A DNA stretch of 46,421 nucleotides from positions 1-46,421 of the forward strand of contig CANBZV010000001.1 of NCBI GenBank assembly GCA_947373945.1, given 5' to 3'. The notes under the pieces are model-generated. The model had not been told where the DNA came from. It worked only from the letters and a program-made list of their open reading frames with translations, and searched no databases. Both the position numbers and the translations under genes were made by a program. This document shows, one piece after another, positions 33,140-42,407 of this stretch (positions are counted from its first letter, which is position 1; each line of letters begins with the position of its first letter). The stretch is from Moraxellaceae bacterium. Lineage in GTDB: Bacteria; Pseudomonadota; Gammaproteobacteria; Pseudomonadales; Moraxellaceae.

Positions 33140-33168
33140 GCAGTCAGGGTAAAAAATACACTGACTGC
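33140..33168. terminator. Hairpin between convergent genes
   Basis: GCAGTCAG...CTGACTGC. Confidence 0.55.
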
Positions 33169-33178
33169 ATTCGAAAAT

Positions 33179-33496
33179 TTACTTCTGCGAAGCGGCTTTA
33201 ACCAACGGTGCAAGCTCACCTTTTTGTGTCATTTCCATCACGATATCACAGCCGCCAATCAATTCGCCGTTAATCCATAACTGTGGAAAAGTTGGCCAGT
33301 TAGCGATTTTAGGCAATGTTGAGCGAATATCCGGGTTTTCCAGAATATTCACATACGCGAACGGCTCACCAATTTGCGTCAATGCTTCTACCGTACGCGC
33401 AGAAAAACCACACTGTGGGAATTGCGGCGTACCTTTCATGTATAACAAAACCGAGTTTTCTGCGATTTGCTTCTTGATTAAGGACTCAATATCCAT
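33179..33496 (-). CDS. grxD: Monothiol glutaredoxin Grx4
   Basis: YMKGTPQFPQCGFS, WPTFPQLW and GGCDI. Confidence 0.97.
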   Translation of the reverse strand: MDIESLIKKQIAENSVLLYMKGTPQFPQCGFSARTVEALTQIGEPFAYVNILENPDIRSTLPKIANWPTFPQLWINGELIGGCDIVMEMTQKGELAPLVKAASQK

Positions 33497-33721
33497 CACA
33501 CGTTACCTTTGATTAAGTAAAGAAAGTTTGCAGACCATGCATTGCACTATTTCTAGCGCATTTTGCGAGCATACAAGGCTGCAAGCGATTAAAATACGAA
33601 CAACCGAATGATCAGTGCATAGTCTTATAGAGCCATTGTAACGCGATTTGCCGATAATGCGTAATCCCGTTAAGATGTTGGCCTTTCATCCATCTATTAT
33701 TTTTTGAAATTAGGGTTTGTT

Positions 33722-34894
33722 ATGAATAGCGCGTTGATGCCCACTTATGCTCGGCAACAAATTGCTTTTGTTAAAGGTAATGGTAGCTGGCTATACGATA
33801 CTGAGGGCCAAGCTTATTTAGATGCCCTCACTGGCATTGCGGTGTGTGGCCTAGGTCATGCCCACCCTGTTATTGCCCAAGCGATTGCCGAACAAGCAAT
33901 GACTCTGGTACACACATCAAATTTATATCAAATCCCGTTACAGGAAGCATTGGGTCAAGCCCTACGAAAAGTGTCAGGTATGGACTTTTGCTTTTTCAGT
34001 AATTCGGGTGCTGAAGCCAACGAAGCAGCCATCAAACTTGCCCGTGTTTTTGGTCATCAAAAAAACATTGCCGAACCGGCTATTATTGTCATGGAAAACT
34101 CATTTCATGGCCGAACAATGGCAACGTTATCCGCAACAGGTAATAAAAAAGTCCAAATCGGTTTTGAGCCGCTAGTACAAGGCTTTGTCCGCGTTCCTTT
34201 TGATGATATTGATGCGATTGAAGCTGCTATTGCCGCCAACGCCAATATTGCCGCTATCTTAGTAGAGCCTATTCAAGGTGAAGGCGGTATTCGCGTGCCT
34301 CACAATGGCTTTGCATATCTCGAGTCATTACGGGCGATTTGTGACAAACATGATTTATTGTTGATGCTCGATGAGATTCAAACCGGAAATGGTCGTACGG
34401 GCAAATATTTTGCCTATCAACATACTAGTATCAAGCCCGATGTAGTCACTACGGCTAAAGGTTTGGGTAATGGCTTCCCTATTGGTGCCTGCCTGGTTCA
34501 AGGCAAAGCCCGTGACTTATTTAAGCCCGGCAATCACGGTTCGACGTATGGCGGCACTCCTCTTGCTTGCCGTACCGCATTAACTGTCGTTGAGCTTTTG
34601 CAACAAGGCGCGATTGACAATGCCTTAGTCATGGGCGAATACATGATGCAACAATTCAAAGATCTACTAGGTGATTTAGATGTTGAGGTTAATGGTCGTG
34701 GCCTAATGATGGGTTTACGTTTACCCAAACCTTGCGCTGAACTCGTTGCTCAAGCTCGAGATGAAGAAAAACTCCTACTTAACGTCACAGCTGATTATGT
34801 GATACGTTTATTACCTGCATTGATTATCACGAAAGACGAAGCTGACGATATTGTTAGTCGCGTTTCACGGTTGGTCAGACGCTTTTTAAGCTAA
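33722..34894 (+). CDS. argD: Acetylornithine aminotransferase
   Basis: NSGAEANEAAIK, FHGRT, EPIQGEGG, DEIQTG and PLP lysine TTAKGLG; directly upstream of argF. Confidence 0.93.
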   Translation: MNSALMPTYARQQIAFVKGNGSWLYDTEGQAYLDALTGIAVCGLGHAHPVIAQAIAEQAMTLVHTSNLYQIPLQEALGQALRKVSGMDFCFFSNSGAEANEAAIKLARVFGHQKNIAEPAIIVMENSFHGRTMATLSATGNKKVQIGFEPLVQGFVRVPFDDIDAIEAAIAANANIAAILVEPIQGEGGIRVPHNGFAYLESLRAICDKHDLLLMLDEIQTGNGRTGKYFAYQHTSIKPDVVTTAKGLGNGFPIGACLVQGKARDLFKPGNHGSTYGGTPLACRTALTVVELLQQGAIDNALVMGEYMMQQFKDLLGDLDVEVNGRGLMMGLRLPKPCAELVAQARDEEKLLLNVTADYVIRLLPALIITKDEADDIVSRVSRLVRRFLS

Positions 34895-34902
34895 AAACGC
34901 AT

Positions 34903-34936
34903 CCCCCTCATTCCTACACTATCACTGGTGAGGGGG
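34903..34936 (+). terminator. Intergenic hairpin between argD and argF
   Basis: CCCCCTCA...TGAGGGGG followed by ctattttt. Confidence 0.45.
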
Positions 34937-34958
34937 CTATTTTTCAGAGGACTTACCA

Positions 34959-35867
34959 ATGGCTATACGCCATTTTTTAACATTATTGGATTTTACTCCG
35001 GCCGAGTTACTCTCGGTTTTAGATCGCGCCATCGAATTAAAAAAAATGCGCGACAACGGCATCATCTACGAGCCTTTTAAAGGCAAAGTGTTAGCAATGA
35101 TTTTTGAAAAATCATCCACGCGCACACGTGTGTCTTTTGAAGCAGGTATGGCGCAGTTTGGTGGCTCCGCAATTTTCTTATCTCCTCGCGATACTCAACT
35201 GGGTCGTGGTGAGCCTGTGGAAGACTCGGCGCGTGTCATCTCGCGTATGGTCGATATCGTCATGATTCGTACTTTTGCGCATGACATTATTGAACGCTTT
35301 GCCGCAAATTCACGCGTACCAGTGATTAATGGCTTAACGGATGATCATCATCCCTGCCAAATCCTTGCTGATTTGCAAACTTTTATTGAGCATCGTGGTA
35401 GCTTGCGTGGTAAAACATTTGCTTGGATTGGCGACGGCAATAATATGTGCAACTCCTATATCCATGCCGCTCATCAATTGGGTTTTCAACTCAATATCGC
35501 CTGCCCTTATGGTTTTGAACCTGATCCAGAGTTACTACAACAATACCAACACTGCGCAACACTGGTTAAAACTGCTGAAGACGCCGCCGCAGGCGCGCAT
35601 TTGATTGCTACTGATGTTTGGACTAGCATGGGCCAAGAAGCGGAGCAAAGTATTCGTAAACGTCGTTTCTCGACGTACCAAGTCAATCCACGATTGATGG
35701 ATTTAGCTGCACCCGATGCATTGTTTATGCATTGTTTGCCCGCACATCGTGGTGAAGAGATTTCTGAAGATATGTTGGATGATGTGCGTTCAGTCGTTTG
35801 GGATGAAGCAGAAAATCGGTTACATGCTCAAAAAGCATTAATGGAATTTTTGTTGTTATCGAAATAA
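34959..35867 (+). CDS. argF: Ornithine carbamoyltransferase
   Basis: SSTRTR, HPCQ, DVWTSMG and [10 protein letters not shown]. Confidence 0.97.
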   Translation: MAIRHFLTLLDFTPAELLSVLDRAIELKKMRDNGIIYEPFKGKVLAMIFEKSSTRTRVSFEAGMAQFGGSAIFLSPRDTQLGRGEPVEDSARVISRMVDIVMIRTFAHDIIERFAANSRVPVINGLTDDHHPCQILADLQTFIEHRGSLRGKTFAWIGDGNNMCNSYIHAAHQLGFQLNIACPYGFEPDPELLQQYQHCATLVKTAEDAAAGAHLIATDVWTSMGQEAEQSIRKRRFSTYQVNPRLMDLAAPDALFMHCLPAHRGEEISEDMLDDVRSVVWDEAENRLHAQKALMEFLLLSK

Positions 35868-35958
35868 AGACTTCGATATTTGGGTCATTCGCCATTACTC
35901 ACTCATGCGAGAATGGCGAATTTAGTTAAAAATCGCTTAATCTCAATCGCTCTTAATC

Positions 35959-36978
35959 TCAATCACTATAGCCACTGGGATTTCTCGACTGCCAATTCCA
36001 TACATCCCGGCACATTGCCTCTTGGTCAAACTCAGCCTGCCAACCTAATGTCGCTAACGCATAGTGCGGATCGGCATAGCAGGTTGCAATATCCCCTGCC
36101 CGACGCTCAACAATTTGATAAGGGATTTTTTTGTGCGCCGCATGTTCCATAGCATGCAGCATTTCAAGCACGGAATAACCTCTGCCAGTACCTAAATTAA
36201 CAGTTATAAGTCCATCATTTTTTTCAAGATATTGCAGTGCTTTTACATGTCCACGTACTAAATCAACCACATGAATATAATCACGAACACCCGTACCATC
36301 GGGCGTTTCATAATCGCCACCAAAGACTTGAACTTGTGAACGCTTGCCGCTCGCCACCTGCGCAATATACGGCATCAAATTATTTGGAATGCCATTTGGA
36401 TCTTCGCCTATCAAGCCACTTTCATGAGCCCCCGCAGGATTGAAATAACGTAACAGTGCTACTCGCCATAAGGGATTAGCTTGTTGAATATCACGTAAAA
36501 TATTTTCAATCATCAACTTGCTGGCACCATAAGGACTAGTCGCTGATAATGGAAAATGCTCCTGAATAGGTACGGTATGTGGGTCGCCATACACTGTCGC
36601 AGAAGAGCTAAAGACGATGTGATGCACGCCTGCCTCAGCCATAGCTTCAAATAAGATTAACGAGCCTTTGACATTGTTGTCGTAATAGCGTAAAGGCTGG
36701 GCAACGGACTCACCTACCGCTTTTAAACCCGCAAAATGTACGACAGCGCTAATAGGATAATCATTAAATACTTTATCAAGTAATACCCGATCACGAACAT
36801 CACCTTCAATACAGGGAAAGTCTTGACCCGCCAATTGGCGAGTACGGCGAACTGCTTCGAACTTACTATTACTAAAATTATCGACTACGACTACTTGATA
36901 GCCAGCCTTAATAAATTCAATGGCTGCATGCGAACCAATATAACCTGCCCCACCAGTGAGTAAAATCATATTAACCAT
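35959..36978 (-). CDS. galE: UDP-glucose 4-epimerase
   Basis: TGGAGYIGSH, HFAGLKAVGES, YGASK, LRYFNP and DGTGVRDYIHV. Confidence 0.97.
   Translation of the reverse strand: MVNMILLTGGAGYIGSHAAIEFIKAGYQVVVVDNFSNSKFEAVRRTRQLAGQDFPCIEGDVRDRVLLDKVFNDYPISAVVHFAGLKAVGESVAQPLRYYDNNVKGSLILFEAMAEAGVHHIVFSSSATVYGDPHTVPIQEHFPLSATSPYGASKLMIENILRDIQQANPLWRVALLRYFNPAGAHESGLIGEDPNGIPNNLMPYIAQVASGKRSQVQVFGGDYETPDGTGVRDYIHVVDLVRGHVKALQYLEKNDGLITVNLGTGRGYSVLEMLHAMEHAAHKKIPYQIVERRAGDIATCYADPHYALATLGWQAEFDQEAMCRDVWNWQSRNPSGYSD
36094..36101 (-). other. KOPS-like motif GGGCAGGG pointing toward dif
   Basis: CCCTGCCC on the + strand, right of dif. Confidence 0.45.
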
Positions 36979-37040
36979 CCATAGGGAGTGTATAAAATAA
37001 AATTTAGATATTGGGAGATTATAGATAGTTTTTTGATAAT

Positions 37041-37067
37041 ACTCTTGGCCGAATTTCGGCCAAGAGT
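37041..37067. terminator. Perfect 13 bp inverted repeat after glpK
   Basis: ACTCTTGGCCGAA-T-TTCGGCCAAGAGT, 12 nt downstream of the glpK stop. Confidence 0.7.
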
Positions 37068-37079
37068 GATTTGTGACAG

Positions 37080-38570
37080 TTAATTTATTTTCAACGTCAC
37101 GCGCTGTACTGCGTCTAACCAGCCCGAATACATTTGTTCGCGTTTTTCTGCGGCCATTTTTGGGCTGAACTCACGCTGGCAATGCCACAAGTCAGCAATG
37201 GCGTCCAAAGAAGCAAATTGCCCAACATGTAAACCCGCTAACCACGCTACGCCTAATGCAGTTGTTTCAGTCACGGTGGGTCGATCAACATGGACACCTA
37301 CAATATCGGCCAATGCTTGCATTAACCAATTATTGACCGCCATACCACCATCAACGCGTACCGTTTTTAAACTGCCCGCGCCATCCTTTTTCATGGCCTC
37401 CATTAAGTCGCGCGTTTGAAAACAGACCGCTTCCAAACCAGCGATAACAATTTCGCCAATGCCAGTATCACGTGTCAAACCAAAAATAGCGCCACGGGCA
37501 TGTGGGTCCCAATATGGTGCTCCTAGCCCTGTAAAGGCAGGCACTAAATAAACACCACGGCTATCCACCGTTTCTTCAGCAATAGCTTCGGTATCTCCAG
37601 CCTGTTTGATGAGCTGAATGCCATCACGCAGCCATTGCACCGCTGCACCAGCGACAAAAATACTGCCTTCCAAAGCATAAGTCACTTTGCCATTTAAACG
37701 ATAACCAACTGTTGTCAACAAGCGATGCTGGGAGTTGATGACTTCACTGCCAGTATTCATCACCATGAAACAGCCCGTGCCATAAGTGCTTTTGACCATG
37801 CCTGGCTTGAAACATGCTTGGCCAATCAACGCAGCTTGCTGGTCACCGGCAACGCCACCAATCTGAATAGGCGCACCAAAATGACGAGTTTCTGTTTTTC
37901 CGAAATCACTAGCAGAATCATGCACTTCAGGCAACAAGCTAGAAGGAATATTAAATAACGCTAATAGCTCTTCATCCCATTCTTGGGTGTGAATATTAAA
38001 CAATAATGTACGCGCAGCATTGGTAGCATCAGTAGCGTGTTTTTGGCCACCGGTTAATTGCCAAATCAACCACGTATCAATAGTACCAAAGGCTAATTCG
38101 CCACGGTTAGCACGCGCACGGGCACCGGCGACATTATCCAGCATCCACTCTAACTTGGTGGCCGAGAAATAAGGATCAAGCAATAAACCCGTTTTCTTCT
38201 GCACCATCGCTTCATTGCCTGCTTTTTTTAGACGCAGACAGCTATCAGCGGTACGACGATCTTGCCAAACAATCGCTTTATGCAGCGGTTTGCCGGTTTT
38301 TCTATCCCATAACACGGTTGTTTCGCGCTGATTGGTAATGCCCATTGCAGCAATTTGTTGTGCGGTAATACCACTTTGTTGTAATACATCACGACACACG
38401 GCCAAAGAAGAGTCAGCGATTTCTTCGGCATCATGCTCTACCCAACCATCAGCAGGATAAAATTGCTTTAGTTCGCGTTGCGCTGTAGCCACCGCTTGCC
38501 CTTGTAAATTAAAGATAATGGCACGAGTGCTCGTTGTTCCTTGATCTAAACTCAGTAAATACGGCTGCAT
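37080..38570 (-). CDS. glpK: Glycerol kinase
   Basis: [33 protein letters not shown] and KSTYGTGCF. Confidence 0.97.
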   Translation of the reverse strand: MQPYLLSLDQGTTSTRAIIFNLQGQAVATAQRELKQFYPADGWVEHDAEEIADSSLAVCRDVLQQSGITAQQIAAMGITNQRETTVLWDRKTGKPLHKAIVWQDRRTADSCLRLKKAGNEAMVQKKTGLLLDPYFSATKLEWMLDNVAGARARANRGELAFGTIDTWLIWQLTGGQKHATDATNAARTLLFNIHTQEWDEELLALFNIPSSLLPEVHDSASDFGKTETRHFGAPIQIGGVAGDQQAALIGQACFKPGMVKSTYGTGCFMVMNTGSEVINSQHRLLTTVGYRLNGKVTYALEGSIFVAGAAVQWLRDGIQLIKQAGDTEAIAEETVDSRGVYLVPAFTGLGAPYWDPHARGAIFGLTRDTGIGEIVIAGLEAVCFQTRDLMEAMKKDGAGSLKTVRVDGGMAVNNWLMQALADIVGVHVDRPTVTETTALGVAWLAGLHVGQFASLDAIADLWHCQREFSPKMAAEKREQMYSGWLDAVQRVTLKIN

Positions 38571-38833
38571 CTTCTTCTCTAAACTTAGTTATTAGAAATT
38601 ACGTTTTTGTTATTCGACACTTTGCTTACACTCGCTTAAACAAGCGGTAATTTTTAAACAAATTGCCCAGAATACCAAAATAAAAACGGAGTTTTACGTA
38701 AGTCCTAGTTATGATTACAGGGTAGGACTTCAGTGGACTGACAGAAGTCCTCGTAAAAGTCCTCAGCGATTAGGGTAGGCGATTAACGTGCTTACGCCTA
38801 GCTCTTTTTTCAGTACAAATTGAATCTTATTTT

Positions 38834-39223
38834 ATGGTTTTTGTCTTGTTAATTACCGCCCCGCCTACCCATTTGAACGCATGGCATAGCTATTATTTTG
38901 CCCAAGCAGCAATTGCGGATGGCCATAGCGTTAAGCCTTTCTTTTATGCCGATGGAGTCATGCTGGCCAATCGTTTGTTGTGCCCTGCTCAAAACGAAAA
39001 AAACTTAGCCCAGCTGTGGCTAAATCTGGCCCAACAGTGTGAGTTTGAATTGTCTGTTTGTGTGGCTGCAGCGTTACGACGGGGTGTGAGTGATGCTGAG
39101 AATGCCTCTCGCCACCATTTAAACGGCGACAATCTGTACGAAGGTTATACACTGACTGGTTTAGGGGTATTAACCGAAGGCCTAATAACGGCTGATCGTG
39201 TCATCAGTTTTGTTGGAGAATAA
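38834..39223 (+). CDS. tusD: Sulfurtransferase TusD/DsrE
   Basis: FFYADGV and active-site VCVAAALRRG; first gene of a tusDCBE cluster. Confidence 0.93.
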   Translation: MVFVLLITAPPTHLNAWHSYYFAQAAIADGHSVKPFFYADGVMLANRLLCPAQNEKNLAQLWLNLAQQCEFELSVCVAAALRRGVSDAENASRHHLNGDNLYEGYTLTGLGVLTEGLITADRVISFVGE

Positions 39224-39230
39224 GGTAACT

Positions 39231-39584
39231 ATGAAACCTTTATTTATTCAGCATCGCGCGCCTTATGCTAATTATAACGCCCAAGAAACCCTTGATGCCT
39301 TATTAGTGGTCGCGGCTTTTGGCCAAAATCCGAGTGTGTTATTTCAGGGTGATGGTGTTTGGCAACTGATTGAGCCACAACAACCGCAAGAGTCAGGTCG
39401 ATCATCTCTCGTTGCGCAATTAACTGCACTTGATTTGTATGATGTAGAAGATATTTATGTCGACAAACAAAGCCTCATTACTCGTGGTTTAAGCACCAGC
39501 CAATTGGCATTATCGGTACAGCTTATTGAAACAAATGACATGGCTGCTTTTATTGCCCAACATCAACCATTAATTAGGTTTTAA
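39231..39584 (+). CDS. tusC: Sulfurtransferase complex subunit TusC/DsrF
   Basis: QETLDALL, LFQGDGVWQL and LDLYDVE; ATG at 39231 with AAGG RBS. Confidence 0.9.
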   Translation: MKPLFIQHRAPYANYNAQETLDALLVVAAFGQNPSVLFQGDGVWQLIEPQQPQESGRSSLVAQLTALDLYDVEDIYVDKQSLITRGLSTSQLALSVQLIETNDMAAFIAQHQPLIRF

Positions 39585-39585
39585 C

Positions 39586-39864
39586 ATGGCAACATTACAC
39601 CTGATTAGCTGTAATTTGACTTTGCATCCCGAAATTGCCCAGCAATTGCAGCAGGCATTATCGGCAGACGATGCATTATTATTTATGGCACAAGGTATTT
39701 ATACATTATTAACTATGCCGTTATCATATAGCCAAGCCATGTATATATTAACCAGCGATATAATGACGACGGGAATACAGCCGCCACCCACGGTCACAGC
39801 GATTAATTATGGCCAGTTTGTAGAGTTAGGAGCGCGCTATGAACGCAGCCTTAGCTGGAACTAA
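39586..39864 (+). CDS. tusB: TusB/DsrH subunit
   Basis: Position in the operon; TLHLI, DDALLF and INYGQFVEL...SLSW. Confidence 0.8.
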   Translation: MATLHLISCNLTLHPEIAQQLQQALSADDALLFMAQGIYTLLTMPLSYSQAMYILTSDIMTTGIQPPPTVTAINYGQFVELGARYERSLSWN

Positions 39865-40177
39865 TGATGTTGCTGTTGATGATGAGGGTTATTTACTGCA
39901 TTTATCTGATTGGACACCTGATATCGCCGTACAATTAGCCGCACAACAACAATTAACGCTCAACGAAGCGCATTGGGATATTATTTACGCGATTAGAGAT
40001 TTTTATCGCCAATATCAACGCTCACCAACAACACGTGTACTGTTAAAATATTTAGCACAACAACTGGGCGCCGATAAAGCCAGCAGTATTTATGTGATGC
40101 AGTTATTTGGTGATGGCACACCTGCAAAAACAGTGGCACGCTTGGCGGGCTTACCCAAGCCGACAAATTGTATTTAA
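39839..40177 (+). CDS. tusE: TusE/DsrC sulfur relay protein
   Basis: DDEGYL, HWDII and C-terminal LAGLPKPTNCI. Confidence 0.93.
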   Translation: MNAALAGTNDVAVDDEGYLLHLSDWTPDIAVQLAAQQQLTLNEAHWDIIYAIRDFYRQYQRSPTTRVLLKYLAQQLGADKASSIYVMQLFGDGTPAKTVARLAGLPKPTNCI

Positions 40178-40203
40178 GAAATATATATCGAGACCAATAG
40201 AAA

Positions 40204-41250
40204 ATGGTTATGAAAAATATCTACCGCGATGCAGAACATCCTTTTGCTCAATATGTTCGCATTTTGGGTAAAGGTAAAAGCGGTAGCCGCTCACTCACAT
40301 TTGACGAAGCCAAAACCGCTTTTGGCATGATTTTGCGTGGTGAAGTGCTAGATGCCCAACTTGGCGCATTTTTAATGCTGTTGCGCGTCAAAGAAGAATC
40401 GCCCGATGAATTGGCTGCTTTTGTCAGTGCAACCCGTGAATGGCTTAAAGCTCCTGCCCTTGCTGTAGATTTGGATTGGTCATCTTATGCAGGCAAACGC
40501 AAACATTATCCGTGGTTTTTATTAGCGGCATTAGTGTTGGCCGAAAATGGCTTGCGTATCTTTATGCATGGTGCTAGTGGTCATACCGTTAATCGCTTGT
40601 ATACCGAAGATGTACTTTCTGTGTTAGGTAAGCCAATTTGTGAAACATGGCAGCAAGTAGAAACTGAACTGAACACGTGTCATTTTGCCTATTTGCCTTT
40701 AGAGGCGTATTGCCCACCTTTAGGCAATATTATTCATTTGCGTAACGTCATGGGCTTGCGCTCACCTGTGCATACCTTGTCGCGCTTGATCAATCCTTTA
40801 AATGCCCGTTGTTCGCTCCAAGCCATCTTTCATCCTGCGTACCGCGAGTCTCATCAATTGGCAGCGCAACAATTAGGCTACCCTAATACCATGGTAATTA
40901 AAGGTGAAGGCGGTGAGTTTGAACGTAATCCTGATGGCCGTTGTTTGGTCAAAGGTATTCGTAATGGAGAGCTCTACGATTTGGAATGGCCCATGATGTT
41001 TGAAGAGCGACACATTGCCGAAGAGTCATTTGAATTAAATGATTTCTTAGCCGTTTGGCGTGGCGAAAAAAGCCATCAATATGGCGAAGCAGCAGTCATC
41101 GGCACACTAGCGTTAGCGCTCATAGGGCTCCAGAAAGCAAATACGCCCGAAGAAGCATTTGCTACTGCTACCATTTGGTGGAAAAAACGCAAAGCTACGC
41201 AAAAAGTTAAGTCTGGCGAACAACTCGATATGTTTGGTGGCGTGCTCTAA
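40204..41250 (+). CDS. Glycosyltransferase family 3 / TrpD-like (YbiB-related) protein
   Basis: HPFAQYVRILGKGKSGSRSL, LGAFLMLLRVKEE, LDWSSYAGKR and KGEGGEFE; this family is commonly found after tusE in pseudomonads. Confidence 0.8.
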   Translation: MVMKNIYRDAEHPFAQYVRILGKGKSGSRSLTFDEAKTAFGMILRGEVLDAQLGAFLMLLRVKEESPDELAAFVSATREWLKAPALAVDLDWSSYAGKRKHYPWFLLAALVLAENGLRIFMHGASGHTVNRLYTEDVLSVLGKPICETWQQVETELNTCHFAYLPLEAYCPPLGNIIHLRNVMGLRSPVHTLSRLINPLNARCSLQAIFHPAYRESHQLAAQQLGYPNTMVIKGEGGEFERNPDGRCLVKGIRNGELYDLEWPMMFEERHIAEESFELNDFLAVWRGEKSHQYGEAAVIGTLALALIGLQKANTPEEAFATATIWWKKRKATQKVKSGEQLDMFGGVL

Positions 41251-41259
41251 CTCGCCGTC

Positions 41260-41347
41260 CATCATGCCGTGCAAACGGAAATCCATGTGCGCTCACGTAT
41301 AACTGAGGCATTACGTCGATGGATTCCCCCGTCGAGCTGGGAGTGAC
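41260..41347. repeat. Degenerate inverted pair of CGTC-type REP-like elements
   Basis: CATCATGCCGTGCAAACGGAAATCCAT (41260-41286) and ATGGATTCCCCCGTCGAGCTGGGAGTGAC (41319-41347) resemble the GTCATTCCCG..GGGAATCCA / TGGATTCCCG..CGGGAATGAC pattern. Confidence 0.5.
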
Positions 41348-41363
41348 TTTTTCAAGTGTCATT

Positions 41364-41385
41364 GGGCGAATAAACTCGCCCCTAC
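41364..41385 (-). repeat. GTAG-family REP element
   Basis: Minus strand reads GTAGGGGCGAGTTTATTCGCCC: a GTAG foot followed by a GGGCGA/TCGCCC palindrome. Confidence 0.7.
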
Positions 41386-41388
41386 GCT

Positions 41389-42084
41389 TTAAATACCCAA
41401 CGCGCCAATCTCCTGATACGCGTGGTTCAGCCAAATTTTTACGCGCTGTCTTTCAAGTAAGCCCAAGGCATTGGAGCTTTCGCTGTCTTTATTTTTCGCT
41501 GCCCAAAAACTATAGCTATTGCTATCTATTTTGGTCATTAACGGGGCATGAAGACGCTTTAAGGTAAAGATTTTAGCATTCAACGCCAGTGCTTTTTCTT
41601 TAACGCCTGAAGACTCAAAAATATTAAAGCTTTCATCGCGAAGTTGATTTTGCACGACGATATAATTAAGGCGCGAACCAAATTGATTCAGCAACTTTTC
41701 AAGTAAATCGACACAATCTTTGCCAGAATCAATGACATTCCAATAGCAAATAGTAATATCCAGCTCTTCGGCTAATGCTAAAACACCTGACTCTTCGATC
41801 CACTTTGCTAACGGATGATGTGTCTGCGCAGCCAAATCAACCAAAATACGCTGCTCAGGATCTTCGGTAGCGGCTTCGATAATAGCATCCAGACTTTGAT
41901 AATCATCAATAACGGTTGGGGATGCATAATCACTGTAATAACGTAGTAATGAGCCATGTGATCTATCGGTATCAAAACCAAGAAAAGGGATTTGATGGTC
42001 AATCATGTACTGCGCCAATAAACGCGCCACCACCGATTTACCCACGCCCCCTTTTTCGCCACCCACCAAATGAATTGTCGCCAT
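41389..42084 (-). CDS. ParA/MinD-superfamily P-loop protein
   Basis: Deviant Walker A GGEKGGVGKS, FDTD and ILVDLAA; GAGGG RBS. Confidence 0.8.
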   Translation of the reverse strand: MATIHLVGGEKGGVGKSVVARLLAQYMIDHQIPFLGFDTDRSHGSLLRYYSDYASPTVIDDYQSLDAIIEAATEDPEQRILVDLAAQTHHPLAKWIEESGVLALAEELDITICYWNVIDSGKDCVDLLEKLLNQFGSRLNYIVVQNQLRDESFNIFESSGVKEKALALNAKIFTLKRLHAPLMTKIDSNSYSFWAAKNKDSESSNALGLLERQRVKIWLNHAYQEIGALGI

Positions 42085-42407
42085 ATAAAACCCTCGGTTA
42101 ATTAGACATTAAAACAACACCAACTGACTACACCACAGACTTATGACGTCTTCCTTGCAGACCTCGTAATGGCTAGTCTGTTGCTCCTGACAATATAGAT
42201 GCAATTAGCGTGCTATATATGTTGGTCTTAGGAAATTTTGTTGCTGTTTTAATGCCACAAGGTTTTTCAACGTGTCTCACAAATACCAAGGTGTTTTTTG
42301 AAGTACGTTGGGTTGCTGTAATGAGGGAATTATGGGCAGCCTTTCGGCAGCACGATGTTTAACAAATGAGAGCAGACTGCTGATAAATCTACTCCCATAT
42401 CGTGTGA

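Noticed and set aside
38377-38387. TGTTGTAATAC as a Ter-like core inside glpK
   Set aside because: Only an 8 nt match within coding sequence, expected by chance.
38834-40177. Functional link between tusDCBE and the Tus terminator homolog
   Set aside because: Name coincidence only: TusBCDE is the tRNA 2-thiouridine sulfur relay and is unrelated to terminus utilisation substance.
41207-41567. Short ORFs 41207-41434 (-) and 41319-41567 (+)
   Set aside because: They overlap real genes and run through REP-like repeats; spurious.
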